Source of the DNA: a virus | Lineage: Duplodnaviria > Heunggongvirae > Uroviricota > Caudoviricetes | Virus record (IMG/VR): IMGVR_UViG_3300037790_000024 | Reading direction: 5' to 3' (one strand) | Length of the DNA stretch: 64,000 nt | Shown: piece after piece, positions 43,971-53,028 of the stretch | Layout: each line of letters opens with the position of its first letter | Numbering within the stretch: the stretch's first letter is position 1 | The notes under the pieces: generated by a model | Told to the model about the DNA's origin: nothing | What the model saw: the letters and a program-made list of their open reading frames with translations, nothing else | The model's database searches: none | Made by a program: the position numbers and the translations under genes

Positions 43971-44046
43971 TGGAGCGGGTGATGGGATTTGAACCCACAA
44001 CATCTGACTTGGAAGGACAGCACTCTACCAATTGAGTTACACCCGC
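43971..44046 (-). tRNA. tRNA-Gly (TCC)
   Basis: Acceptor GCGGGTG/CACCCGC, anticodon loop CTTCCAA, T-loop TTCAAAT. Confidence 0.8.
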
Positions 44047-44108
44047 ATGTCTCTCATTTCTTACAAGTATTATACCATTATTTTTAAAAATTGCAAGGAC
44101 TTTTTACA

Positions 44109-44609
44109 CTATTTTGAGATTAATTCTTCAAGTTCTTTCAGGATTTTCTTAACTCCTGTAGCTTCTTCAAAATAATACTCGATGTTATCAAATCTGTCAA
44201 GATATTCTGGCAACCATTTTTTAAATTCTGCTGCTGTCATCTTACGAGAGTTTCTTTCTACAAGCTCGTAAGTAAATCTCAGTTCTTCCAGAGGTTGCTC
44301 TGCCATATACTCAACAATAATTGTTCTGTTGAGTTCATTAGGGGAAAACTTCTCCAGAGATTCTCTCATTTTAGGAAAGTTAAATTCAACTCCACTCTCT
44401 GCCAGTTGTTTGATAGAAGCAATACACTGGCTCCAACTTCCAGAGGCATAATATCCTCCATCTTTTGTGTAGATTTCATATCTAGAGTTTTTCTTAGGAG
44501 CATTCTTTTCTCCTCCTAAAAAGATCTTAACTTTTAGAGATGCCAGCTCTGCAACCCGTTCTATGTAGTCTAGAATGTTTTCTTCTAGAAAATAACTATT
44601 CACTTTCAA
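44109..44609 (-). CDS. hypothetical protein
   Basis: 166 aa. Confidence 0.5.
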   Translation of the reverse strand: MKVNSYFLEENILDYIERVAELASLKVKIFLGGEKNAPKKNSRYEIYTKDGGYYASGSWSQCIASIKQLAESGVEFNFPKMRESLEKFSPNELNRTIIVEYMAEQPLEELRFTYELVERNSRKMTAAEFKKWLPEYLDRFDNIEYYFEEATGVKKILKELEELISK

Positions 44610-44886
44610 GCTCCTTCATAATCTTGTAATACTTTTCAATCTTGATAACCTTGTCTCCAGTTCTTTGTGCAAGTTTAGTTATATCAACATCAAAATCATA
44701 TTCCTCCCCTAGCATTCCTAGAACAATCAAGAAATCTTGAACTTCTCTTTGCAGAGCTTCTTTGTTAGTCTCCCCTGTCTTGGGGTTTTTGTAGTCAAAC
44801 CCAAAGTATTGTGTCTTTAGTGCCTCGTTAGCTACCTTAGAAGCTTCCTCTGCTAGCTTTCCTAGCAAGTATTGTAGTTTGTTCAC
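44596..44886 (-). CDS. hypothetical protein
   Basis: 96 aa. Confidence 0.45.
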   Translation of the reverse strand: MNKLQYLLGKLAEEASKVANEALKTQYFGFDYKNPKTGETNKEALQREVQDFLIVLGMLGEEYDFDVDITKLAQRTGDKVIKIEKYYKIMKELESE

Positions 44887-45080
44887 TCTTCCTCCTCAAA
44901 CAAAAACAGAAAATCTTTTTCTCCAACAGAGCAATAGATGAAGTGGTTGTCCGCAGCTACTTGGGCTACAGCCAGAATGTCATTAAGTCTGCTCTTATCT
45001 CCTTTGCGAGATGTTGTTTGTAGTCTTCTGATACAAGCCTCAATCAGGCTGTCCGTATCTACCTTTACTGAAATCATCAA
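44883..45080 (-). CDS. hypothetical protein
   Basis: 65 aa. Confidence 0.4.
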   Translation of the reverse strand: MMISVKVDTDSLIEACIRRLQTTSRKGDKSRLNDILAVAQVAADNHFIYCSVGEKDFLFLFEEEE

Positions 45081-45267
45081 TAGTAGCCCCCAAAGCTTTG
45101 TCGATTTCTATAGCATATCTTAACAAAGACTTCACTTCATCTGATAGTCTTTCCAGTTTCCCTGATAGTTTTGCTATATCTTGTTCCATTTGGGCTAGAT
45201 CATAGTTTTCTCCTTGCTCTAGCTTCTTTACTCTTTCTTCTATTGCTTCATAGCCTTTCATTATCAC
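45040..45267 (-). CDS. hypothetical coiled-coil protein
   Basis: 75 aa. Confidence 0.45.
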   Translation of the reverse strand: MIMKGYEAIEERVKKLEQGENYDLAQMEQDIAKLSGKLERLSDEVKSLLRYAIEIDKALGATIDDFSKGRYGQPD

Positions 45268-45273
45268 CTCTGG

Positions 45274-45418
45274 TATTTAATCAATGGCTGTTGGTTTTCT
45301 TTCAGTTCCCAAGGCCACTCTTCCAAACAATCCCCACATTTTTTGTAGTTTAAGCTGCTAAACCTTACAACAGCACAACATCCACAAAAAGGGCATTTGT
45401 CCCCAGCATTATTCATTA
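45274..45418 (-). CDS. small zinc-ribbon protein (about 48 aa)
   Basis: MNNAGDKCPFCGCCAVVRF...KKCGDCLEEW; manual translation, approximate ends. Confidence 0.3.
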
Positions 45419-45424
45419 ATTCTC

Positions 45425-45622
45425 CTAACCTTTAATCTTCTCCCAGCACTGCTCAAACATACTCCACACATCCCAAGGAATGTTTAGGATGTTTCCCCAA
45501 GCATAGTGCAAGTCTACTTCCAACCAGTCAATAGCAAACAGAGCTGGTTGTACTAGCAGAAACAAGGGTAGGATCAGCACCAACACCAAGAGTTCAATAA
45601 CACCAGCAATTTGTTTTCTCAT
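45425..45622 (-). CDS. small membrane protein (holin-like size, 65 aa)
   Basis: IAGVIELLVLVLILPLFLLVQPALFAIDWL TM segments. Confidence 0.4.
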   Translation of the reverse strand: MRKQIAGVIELLVLVLILPLFLLVQPALFAIDWLEVDLHYAWGNILNIPWDVWSMFEQCWEKIKG

Positions 45623-45870
45623 ATCTTTCCTCCTGTCAATGATCTAACTTTCTGTTTGTACTGAGGATGATCATCGTAATTACATCCCTTGTCAATACAC
45701 CATTCAGTTATTTTAGTTCTTATAGCAACAAGCCCACAAGTGGTGCAGTATTGTTTACCAACACCTCGGAGGGGCTTGAAACTATGACCTTTATACTTAT
45801 ATTTTTCTTTCTTGGAAGGGTTGTTCACCCAGTCCTCGATCTCTTTCTGAGATAATGATTTCCAATCCAT
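45619..45870 (-). CDS. zinc-finger protein
   Basis: CTTCGLV...CIDKGC. Confidence 0.45.
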   Translation of the reverse strand: MDWKSLSQKEIEDWVNNPSKKEKYKYKGHSFKPLRGVGKQYCTTCGLVAIRTKITEWCIDKGCNYDDHPQYKQKVRSLTGGKI

Positions 45871-46007
45871 TCTCCCTCCAACAACAATGATTATACCACA
45901 ACACCGATGTTTGTCAAGTGTTGATTTAAATTATTCGACAAACACAGGTAGTGTGCCACACCTGATAGTGAAATGTCAAATTATTTGTGGCTATGTGTAA
46001 AAAGGTA

Positions 46008-46036
46008 TTGACAAAACCACTACCTGATGGTATAAT
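46008..46036 (+). promoter_or_regulatory. consensus sigma70 promoter TTGACA-17-TATAAT
   Basis: ttgacaaaaccactacctgatggtataat; upstream of repeat array and the 46176 gene. Confidence 0.6.
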
Positions 46037-46054
46037 CTTTAAATATAAAATATT

Positions 46055-46168
46055 ATATATTACTAAATATCACTTAATAGTATATATCACTAAATAGTAG
46101 ATCAAATTATTAGATCAATTATCACTAAATAGTATATATTACCAAATAGTATATATCACCAAATAGGA
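46055..46168. repeat. AT-rich repeat array (CACTAAATAGTATATAT units); shares an identical 32-mer with the 14505-14612 array
   Basis: tagatcaattatcactaaatagtatatattac present at about 46111-46142 and about 14529-14560. Confidence 0.6.
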
Positions 46169-46175
46169 GGATCGT

Positions 46176-46601
46176 ATGAACCAGCTAGGAGAAATGATTG
46201 CTTTAGTATCTCACAGATTTAAAAACAAGACAGATAAGGGAGGTAATCCCTACATCCTTCACTGCCTGTACGTGATGAATAAAGTGAGTCACTTAGGAGA
46301 GCTTGCTATGATTGTTGGGGTGGGACATGACTTGTTAGAAGATACTAACATAACTCCTTCAGATTTGTGGGGTCTGGGTTTTGGGGACGATGTTATCGAT
46401 CTCTTAAAGAAAGTAACTCATCTAGACGGGGAGCCTTACATGGACTATATCAAGAGAGCCGCCTCCCATCCAATTTCACGAGCTGTTAAAATGGCTGACT
46501 TAGAACACAACAGCCAAATCTTTCGTATGAAAGGACTTCGGCAGAAAGACTTTGAACGTCTTGAGAAGTATTTTACAGCCTATGCCTACTTGAGTGAATG
46601 A
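46176..46601 (+). CDS. HD-domain (p)ppGpp hydrolase, Mesh1/SpoT-hydrolase-like small alarmone hydrolase
   Basis: ALVSHRFKNKTDKGGNPYILHCLYV and GVGHDLLEDTNITPSDLWGLGFGDDVIDLLKKVTH match HD_4 His...HD...ED motifs. Confidence 0.7.
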   Translation: MNQLGEMIALVSHRFKNKTDKGGNPYILHCLYVMNKVSHLGELAMIVGVGHDLLEDTNITPSDLWGLGFGDDVIDLLKKVTHLDGEPYMDYIKRAASHPISRAVKMADLEHNSQIFRMKGLRQKDFERLEKYFTAYAYLSE

Positions 46602-46830
46602 TATGAGTAATGTTTGTGATATTTGTGGGGAGGGAGAGGTTACACTGAAGTGTTCTCCCAACTTTGTTATGTTTAGAGAGCATTCAACTACGCTACCAGC
46701 ATATTTTTTGTTTTGCAACTGCTGTGAAGTAGCTTACGCTAATGAAGATATTCTATATCTAAATAAACTTCAATACGAGTCTTTTAGAGTGGAGAGGGAG
46801 CTTAAAGAAACTTACGAGAGGACTGCATGA
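46594..46830 (+). CDS. zinc-finger protein
   Basis: CDICGEG...CNCC. Confidence 0.45.
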   Translation: MNDMSNVCDICGEGEVTLKCSPNFVMFREHSTTLPAYFLFCNCCEVAYANEDILYLNKLQYESFRVERELKETYERTA

Positions 46831-47258
46831 TAGAACAGTTTAAAGAACCTTATCGGTGGCTTTCTAACTTTTGGAAGTTTAATACTCCTTTGGAGTATCA
46901 GAACTTATTGTTTCCTACAGTAGAGCATTTTTATGTTGCAATGAAGACTACCTCTTGGGATTTAAGACATCAAGCATCTCTTACAGATAGACCTAAATCT
47001 TTTGGGAGAGGTTTAGAGCTTAGAGAAGACTGGGAGCAGATTAAGTTAGATGTAATGCTGTATGCAACAAGGTATAAATACTCAGAATTAAATCCAAACC
47101 TAAGAAGGAAACTCTTAAACACTGGAGAGGAATATATTCAGGAAGGTAATTGGTGGGGGGATAAGTTCTGGGGAGTTTGTCTTAAAACAGGAGAAGGAGA
47201 GAACAATCTAGGGAAGATAATCATGCAAGTGAGGGAGGAGATAAGGGATGCCATTTAA
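46827..47258 (+). CDS. NADAR-domain protein (YbiA-like; DUF1768)
   Basis: YRWLSNFWKFNTPL...FPTVEHFYVAMKT and GNWWGDKFWGVCLKTGEGENNLGKIIMQVREEI parallel E. coli YbiA FSNF...PTSEHYFQAQKF and YWGDGG...GKNRLGYLLMELREQL. Confidence 0.7.
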   Translation: MIEQFKEPYRWLSNFWKFNTPLEYQNLLFPTVEHFYVAMKTTSWDLRHQASLTDRPKSFGRGLELREDWEQIKLDVMLYATRYKYSELNPNLRRKLLNTGEEYIQEGNWWGDKFWGVCLKTGEGENNLGKIIMQVREEIRDAI

Positions 47259-47613
47259 AGCTATTGTCGCAGGAGGGAGAGGATTCTCAGACTTTGACTT
47301 GTTGTGTGATAAGCTTGACTTCTATTTCTCAGAGATCCCAGATGCAATAGAGATTGTTTGTGGAGGGGCTAGAGGCGCTGATGCACTAGGGGACTTGTAT
47401 GCTAAAAATAATGCTTTAGATGTAACTTACTTCCCCGCTAACTGGGATAAACACGGTAAGCAAGCGGGTATTCTACGAAACATAGAGATGGGAGAGTATG
47501 CAGACGCTCTAGTGGCTTTCTGGGATGGGAAGTCTTCTGGCACAAAGCACATGATCGAGTATATGGATATTGTTGCTAATAAACCTGTAAGGGTGGTGAG
47601 GTATGATAGATAA
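47248..47613 (+). CDS. SLOG-family protein (DUF2493/YspA-like Rossmann fold)
   Basis: IVAGGRGFSD...IVCGGARGADALGDLYA...YFPANWDKHGKQAGILRN...VAFWDGKSSGTKHMI matches DUF2493 pattern. Confidence 0.6.
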   Translation: MPFKAIVAGGRGFSDFDLLCDKLDFYFSEIPDAIEIVCGGARGADALGDLYAKNNALDVTYFPANWDKHGKQAGILRNIEMGEYADALVAFWDGKSSGTKHMIEYMDIVANKPVRVVRYDR

Positions 47614-47794
47614 AAAACAAAATGGATGGTGGTGGTTGTACAGGCCAGCTATTCTAGACGGTTTTAAACACTGGTGTGAAAAAGAAAACAAAGAACCCAC
47701 ACAAGAACAGTTTATAGAATATATGAACGGAACTTTTAACATTGAAGAGGAACAAAATTTTGATAGAAAAATTAAACCTAACTCTAACACTTAA
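47603..47794 (+). CDS. hypothetical protein
   Basis: 63 aa. Confidence 0.4.
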   Translation: MIDKKQNGWWWLYRPAILDGFKHWCEKENKEPTQEQFIEYMNGTFNIEEEQNFDRKIKPNSNT

Positions 47795-47972
47795 GTTTGA
47801 CAAAGAAGGTTTTATAAAACACTTTTCGGAATGGTGTGATCTTACTGAGAGTGAAGGAAGCTTAGAGGATCAATTTGAAGAATTTTGGGGTAGTTACTTA
47901 AATAACTACGTTGAATATACCTTAGAAAACAAAAATAATAGAGGTGATAATAATGAGATGTCGCGCTTGTAA
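47742..47972 (+). CDS. hypothetical protein (overlaps previous by about 50 nt; start uncertain)
   Basis: 76-aa ORF. Confidence 0.3.
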   Translation: MKRNKILIEKLNLTLTLKFDKEGFIKHFSEWCDLTESEGSLEDQFEEFWGSYLNNYVEYTLENKNNRGDNNEMSRL

Positions 47973-48165
47973 TAGACCCCTCAGTATGGGGACAATACAC
48001 ATGAAAGATGCTGACGGTAATCCTGAGGATACTTGCGGTATTTGTAGAGGAAAGAGTGTTCAGGAATACTCTTATAGTTTTGATCATGAGTATGAGAACC
48101 AGCATATCTCAGAGGGATTATCTCATAACTCTAAGTCTGGCTACTATTACGAGTGGTATGACTAA
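47953..48165 (+). CDS. zinc-finger protein
   Basis: MRCRACNRP...CGICRG. Confidence 0.4.
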   Translation: MRCRACNRPLSMGTIHMKDADGNPEDTCGICRGKSVQEYSYSFDHEYENQHISEGLSHNSKSGYYYEWYD

Positions 48166-48192
48166 GAATTTAAATTAATTTTAAAAAACCTA

Positions 48193-48220
48193 TTGACAAA
48201 TAGGTATACTGTGCTATAAT
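48193..48220 (+). promoter_or_regulatory. near-consensus sigma70 promoter TTGACA-16-TATAAT upstream of packaging/structural operon
   Basis: ttgacaaataggtatactgtgctataat. Confidence 0.55.
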
Positions 48221-48351
48221 TAAGTGTAATAGTGGAAAAAGGGCATGAAAGCAAGCCCTAACGTTTTATGTCGCACGATCCTCCTCCTTTGGTGTGACAG
48301 CGGGGAGGCACACTCCCCTTTCTTACAGAATTTTAATATTAAGAGAAGAGT

Positions 48352-48690
48352 ATGGGAAAGAGAGATAATAGTGGTAAATTTGTCAAAGGTGTCTCTGGTA
48401 ATCCCAACGGAAGACCTAAGAACACTAGAAACGCTAGTGACCCACAAACAAAATTAAAGAGAGCTTTAGACAACGGATGGGATCTAGTTAAACTTAAAGA
48501 GTTTATCGTAGACCTAGTTTCAGATAAAGAAACAAAAATGTCTCCAGCTCAAATCGAAAGACTAACAAAAACTCTTGCTGATATAGAGTTAAAACTCTTA
48601 GAGATGGATTTCAAATACAACCACTCAGAGGAAGTAGAACAACAAGAAGAAGAGGATGATGAACCTCATTTCTCTACTACAGCAGGATAA
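48352..48690 (+). CDS. terminase small subunit (putative)
   Basis: GVSGNPNGRPKNTRN motif common in phage TerS/DNA-binding N-termini; immediately upstream of TerL. Confidence 0.55.
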   Translation: MGKRDNSGKFVKGVSGNPNGRPKNTRNASDPQTKLKRALDNGWDLVKLKEFIVDLVSDKETKMSPAQIERLTKTLADIELKLLEMDFKYNHSEEVEQQEEEDDEPHFSTTAG

Positions 48691-48701
48691 AGAGGAGATG
48701 A

Positions 48702-50228
48702 ATGGCTAAGCAAGTAATCCGGCCTCAGAGGGGGTCTCAGGAACTTGCCATGAACATTAAGGCTGACTTAATTATTTATGGTGGTGCAGCAGGTTCTGGT
48801 AAGTCCCACCTACTTTTAATGAAGTCACTACCTTACATTAAAGACCCTAACTTCCATGCGTCATACTTTAGACGTAATACAAAACAGCTTACACAACAAG
48901 GTGGTTTGTGGGAAGAAAGTGGCAAAATGTACAGGCCATTTAAACCAAAAACAAATTCAAGCGACAAGAAGCACACATTTCGTTCAGGGTCTTCTATCGC
49001 TTTTAATCACTTAGAACATGAAAAGCATAAACTGTCCTACCAAGGTGGTCAGTTATCAGCTATCTTTTTCGATGAGCTTACTCACTTTACAGAGACACAG
49101 TTCACCTACCTACTATCTCGTTTGCGTTCTGATGCAGAAGTAGATGGTTTTTGTATGGCTAGCTGTAACCCAGATAATGAAAGCTGGGTGTTAAACTGGG
49201 TAGAATGGTGGTTGGATGAAGAAGGATATCCAGATAAAGATAAACAAGGTGTTGTAAGATACTACCTGATTATAGATGATAAACCTGTCTTTGCTGATAC
49301 AGCAGAAGAACTTGAAGATCTTTATCCAGATATGTGTAGGGTGTACAATCCAAACACAGATGAATATGTACATGTTCCACCAAAAACATTTACATTTATT
49401 TCTGGAACAATCTTTGATAATCCTATTCTGATTCAGAACAACCCTAAATATCTAGCAGAGCTTAATGCTCTTCCTCGTGTAGAGAGAGCTAGACTTCTGG
49501 AAGGGAATTGGTATGCAGTTCCTGAGTCTGAAGGTTACTGTAAAAGAGAATGGTTCTTAAAGGCCAGTGCTTTACCAAATCAAGTTAAGATGGCAAGGGC
49601 TTGGGATAAGGCTGCAACAGAGCCTAGTGAGGTTAATCGTTATCCTGACTTTACCGCTTCTGTAGGAATGGCTAAAGACAGAGACGGATTCTACTACCTT
49701 TTCGGTAACTACTGTCCTGAGAATAAGGACAAGGTAGACCCAGAAATAAAAGGCAGATTTAGAAGAAGAGCTGGAGAAAGAGATAAGATTATTCTTAAGC
49801 AGGCTCAATATGATGGAGAAGAAACTACAGTGGTTCTCCCTGAGGATGCTGGAGCTGCTGGTAAGATGGAATTCACAGAGAGTTCTAAAAGTTTGATAGA
49901 GGCAGGATTCTTAGTTAAAAGAGACCCCACTCCTACAAACAGAAGTAAGCTTACCAGATTCCTACCTTTTGCAGCAGCCTGTGAAAACGGATTAGTTTAT
50001 ATTGTAGAGAACACTTTTGAGAAAAAAGTGTTGGACTACCTGTACAAAGAACTGGAAGCATTTAGCGGAGAGCCTAGTACATCAGCAAGAAAAGATGATG
50101 TGTGTGACTGCACTGCTTCAGCTTTTAATTTTCTGGCAAAACAAAAAGTGTTGCCTAGTTTTAGTTTAAATGTTAATAACACCAATAGTAAAGTAGCTAA
50201 TGTTAAACAAAGTGTTTTTGCTACTTAG
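48702..50228 (+). CDS. terminase large subunit
   Basis: Walker A GGAAGSGKS, Walker B-like IFFDELTHF, C-terminal nuclease acidic residues; 508 aa. Confidence 0.9.
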   Translation: MAKQVIRPQRGSQELAMNIKADLIIYGGAAGSGKSHLLLMKSLPYIKDPNFHASYFRRNTKQLTQQGGLWEESGKMYRPFKPKTNSSDKKHTFRSGSSIAFNHLEHEKHKLSYQGGQLSAIFFDELTHFTETQFTYLLSRLRSDAEVDGFCMASCNPDNESWVLNWVEWWLDEEGYPDKDKQGVVRYYLIIDDKPVFADTAEELEDLYPDMCRVYNPNTDEYVHVPPKTFTFISGTIFDNPILIQNNPKYLAELNALPRVERARLLEGNWYAVPESEGYCKREWFLKASALPNQVKMARAWDKAATEPSEVNRYPDFTASVGMAKDRDGFYYLFGNYCPENKDKVDPEIKGRFRRRAGERDKIILKQAQYDGEETTVVLPEDAGAAGKMEFTESSKSLIEAGFLVKRDPTPTNRSKLTRFLPFAAACENGLVYIVENTFEKKVLDYLYKELEAFSGEPSTSARKDDVCDCTASAFNFLAKQKVLPSFSLNVNNTNSKVANVKQSVFAT

Positions 50229-50241
50229 AATCGGAGGGTAA

Positions 50242-51687
50242 ATGGCAGAAAAGTATAACATCCATACGGATGAAGATCTAAAACCCTCTCCTTCTCGACA
50301 AAAACTTTCGGCAGTAAGTATTCCATCACTTAAAATTACTAGTGGTGAGATTTACGAAGAAGCTAGAAAGGAATTGAGATACCCTAAGTGTATTCCAATT
50401 TATCAGCAAATGGCTTTGGAACCGACAATAGCTTCTGCCTTTTCTCTTATTGAGACTCTGGTAACAAGAAGTGTTTGGGAAGTTAAAGCCCCAGAGGATG
50501 CTCCTCAAGAAGAACATGATAGAGCCAAGTTTATTAACTGGACTATTGATAACATGAGACGCCCTTGGGATGACTATGTTATTGAATTCCTATCATACCT
50601 TCAGTGGGGATACCAGCCAGTTGAGAAAATATACTCCAAAGTGGAGCAGGGAGAGTATAAAGGTAGGATCGGATTAAAAGATTTTAGGTTTATTTCTCCT
50701 ACTACTGTAGGGAAGTGGATTTACGAGAAATCTACCAAAGAGCTTGCAGGGCTAAGACAAGAGTTTCTTAGAAGCAGTTCTGACTTTGCAAAAGATCTGC
50801 AAGGGTCTTATGTGGATATATCTAGAACTAAATTTATGTTGTTCAGATATAGAGCCAAGCTTGACAACCCAGAGGGCAGTAGCCCTTTAAAAGCTTGCTA
50901 CATTAGTTGGAAACAAAAACAAATTGTAGAAGACTATGAGATTATCGGAATATCTAGAGACCTAGGTGGTACTCCAGTATTAGGCGTTGACATTGAGTTT
51001 TTGTCTAAAGCTAGTGAACAAGGAAGTGATGAAGCTAAAGCTCTTGCAGAGATGGATAGACAAGCTGCTCTGTTACATGCAGGTGAGCAGTCTTTTGTAA
51101 GGATGCCTATATCTTATAACGAGCAAGGTAAGGAGCTTTTCACCTTCGACCTTATAGGTGTTAGTGGTAACGGAAAGAATTACGACCCTGAGGTTGTTAT
51201 CAGCAGACTTGAAAATAAAATGCTGATGTCTTTCCTAGCAGATGTACTTAAATTAGGTACAGAGGCTCATGGTTCTTATGCCCTAGCAGACAGTAAGACA
51301 TCTCTGTTAGCTATGGGTGTTGAGCATCATCTAAGACTGATTAAGAAAGTGCTAGACCACGACCTGATAAAACAAATTTATGTTTTAAACGGGTGGGAGT
51401 ACAACTCTAAAACATCAGCTAGGTTCCACTACTCAGATATTGAGAAACCTAACTTAGAAGAAATCAGTAAGTTTATCCAAAGATGTGTTACTTCAGGTGC
51501 TATTCGTCCTACGAAAGAGCTGGAAGATACACTTATTGCTCTGCTGGGATTAGACCCTAAAGAGGAAGATGATATGGAATTTATTGAATCAATCGTAACC
51601 TCTGCTGCGGGGCAAGGTGACGGAACTTCAGGAGCTGGGAATTCTTCTCAAGATAACTCAGACTCGAATTCAGATAATGCAGCTTAA
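50242..51687 (+). CDS. portal protein
   Basis: 481 aa immediately after TerL, acidic C-terminus. Confidence 0.8.
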   Translation: MAEKYNIHTDEDLKPSPSRQKLSAVSIPSLKITSGEIYEEARKELRYPKCIPIYQQMALEPTIASAFSLIETLVTRSVWEVKAPEDAPQEEHDRAKFINWTIDNMRRPWDDYVIEFLSYLQWGYQPVEKIYSKVEQGEYKGRIGLKDFRFISPTTVGKWIYEKSTKELAGLRQEFLRSSSDFAKDLQGSYVDISRTKFMLFRYRAKLDNPEGSSPLKACYISWKQKQIVEDYEIIGISRDLGGTPVLGVDIEFLSKASEQGSDEAKALAEMDRQAALLHAGEQSFVRMPISYNEQGKELFTFDLIGVSGNGKNYDPEVVISRLENKMLMSFLADVLKLGTEAHGSYALADSKTSLLAMGVEHHLRLIKKVLDHDLIKQIYVLNGWEYNSKTSARFHYSDIEKPNLEEISKFIQRCVTSGAIRPTKELEDTLIALLGLDPKEEDDMEFIESIVTSAAGQGDGTSGAGNSSQDNSDSNSDNAA

Positions 51688-51697
51688 GAGGTAATCT

Positions 51698-53005
51698 ATG
51701 GCACATAATGTGACACGTATTGAACGTGATCGGATTTATAACCAACCTCAATTAATCTCTGCTTCTTCTTTTGAGGATGTCGTTGACTACCTTAACTCTA
51801 GGCCAGAAGGTCTTAACAAAGAAGAGTTAGCCGTAGCTAGAGATATTGAGAGAAAAAAAGTAAAACGTGAACTGACAGACACGGCAACCACTGTCATCCC
51901 TGTATCGGGTGTACTTACCTACAAAGAAACCTTTATGGGAGCTATTTGTGGTATGTCATCTTACCAAGGCATTCTAGAGGCAATGGAAGAGTCAGTAAGA
52001 GCTGGCTTTAAAACTGTTGTTTTAGATGTTGACTCTGGTGGTGGTGAAGCCTACGGGACTTTTGAAACAGCTCAAGAACTAAGAAACTTGGCTGACGAAT
52101 ATGGCGTAAGACTTGTAGCTTACGTTGACGGAATTTCCGCTTCTGCGGCATACGGCTTATCGGTAGCCGCTGATGAAATCATCCTCAATCCTTATGCAGA
52201 AGTAGGAAGCATCGGAGTTGTAACTAAGCTTAGAAATGACTCTGAGAAAATGAAGAAAGAAGGGATCAAAGACACCTATGTTTATGCAGGTACAAACAAG
52301 ATTCCTTATGATTCAGAGGGTGAATGGAGAGAAGATTTTATTGCTAGTCTTCAGAGCAAGGTAGATGTCTTGTATGAGGATTTTGTTACTCACGTATCTT
52401 CTATGAGAAGTATGTCTCAGGAAGATGTTAGAGCAACTGAGGCTAAGATGTTCTCTGCAAAAGACGCTATCGAAATGGGTCTAGCAGATAAAGTTATGAC
52501 TCGTATTGAGTTTATGAACTATCTGGCAGACATAGAAGAAGGAAAAGATATGCCGTTGAAAATGAACTTATCAAAAGATAAACCTAGTAAAGAGGTAGAA
52601 ATGGAAAACGAAAATCCTGTTGTAGAGGCTAAAACTGGTCTTGATGCAGAAACACAAAAAATTATCGCAGATATGCAGGCTCAAATCGCTTCTCTAGAAG
52701 CTGAGAAAACTGCTGCTGAGAAAGCCAAGCTGGAAGCTGCTAAGTCTGCTTTTAGTAAAGAACTGTCTGAATTTGCTTTTGTATCAGAGTCGCTGGTAGG
52801 TGATCTGACTGAAGCCCTGTTTGGACTGGAAGATAGCCAGAGAGACGTTGTATTGGCAGTCTTTGGTGCGGCAGATGAAGCCCTTGCTGAGTCTGTATCT
52901 ACTGTTGTTGCAGAAGAAGTAGAAAATGAACCTGCCCTGTCTACCGACAAGGAAGCAGCTAAAGAAGCTACTCGTCTAGCAATCCAAGAAAAATATAACA
53001 AGTAA
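51698..53005 (+). CDS. prohead protease (S49/SppA-like, lambda gpC-type) with C-terminal coiled-coil scaffold region
   Basis: VIPVSGVLTY...VLDVDSGGGEAYG...VDGISASAAYGL S49 motifs; A/E/K-rich C-terminal third. Confidence 0.8.
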   Translation: MAHNVTRIERDRIYNQPQLISASSFEDVVDYLNSRPEGLNKEELAVARDIERKKVKRELTDTATTVIPVSGVLTYKETFMGAICGMSSYQGILEAMEESVRAGFKTVVLDVDSGGGEAYGTFETAQELRNLADEYGVRLVAYVDGISASAAYGLSVAADEIILNPYAEVGSIGVVTKLRNDSEKMKKEGIKDTYVYAGTNKIPYDSEGEWREDFIASLQSKVDVLYEDFVTHVSSMRSMSQEDVRATEAKMFSAKDAIEMGLADKVMTRIEFMNYLADIEEGKDMPLKMNLSKDKPSKEVEMENENPVVEAKTGLDAETQKIIADMQAQIASLEAEKTAAEKAKLEAAKSAFSKELSEFAFVSESLVGDLTEALFGLEDSQRDVVLAVFGAADEALAESVSTVVAEEVENEPALSTDKEAAKEATRLAIQEKYNK

Positions 53006-53028
53006 GATTAATATTAGGAGATAAATAA

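Noticed and set aside
52681-53001. Minus-strand 106-aa ORF
   Set aside because: Embedded antisense in the Ala/Glu-rich scaffold region of the prohead protease gene; compositional artefact.
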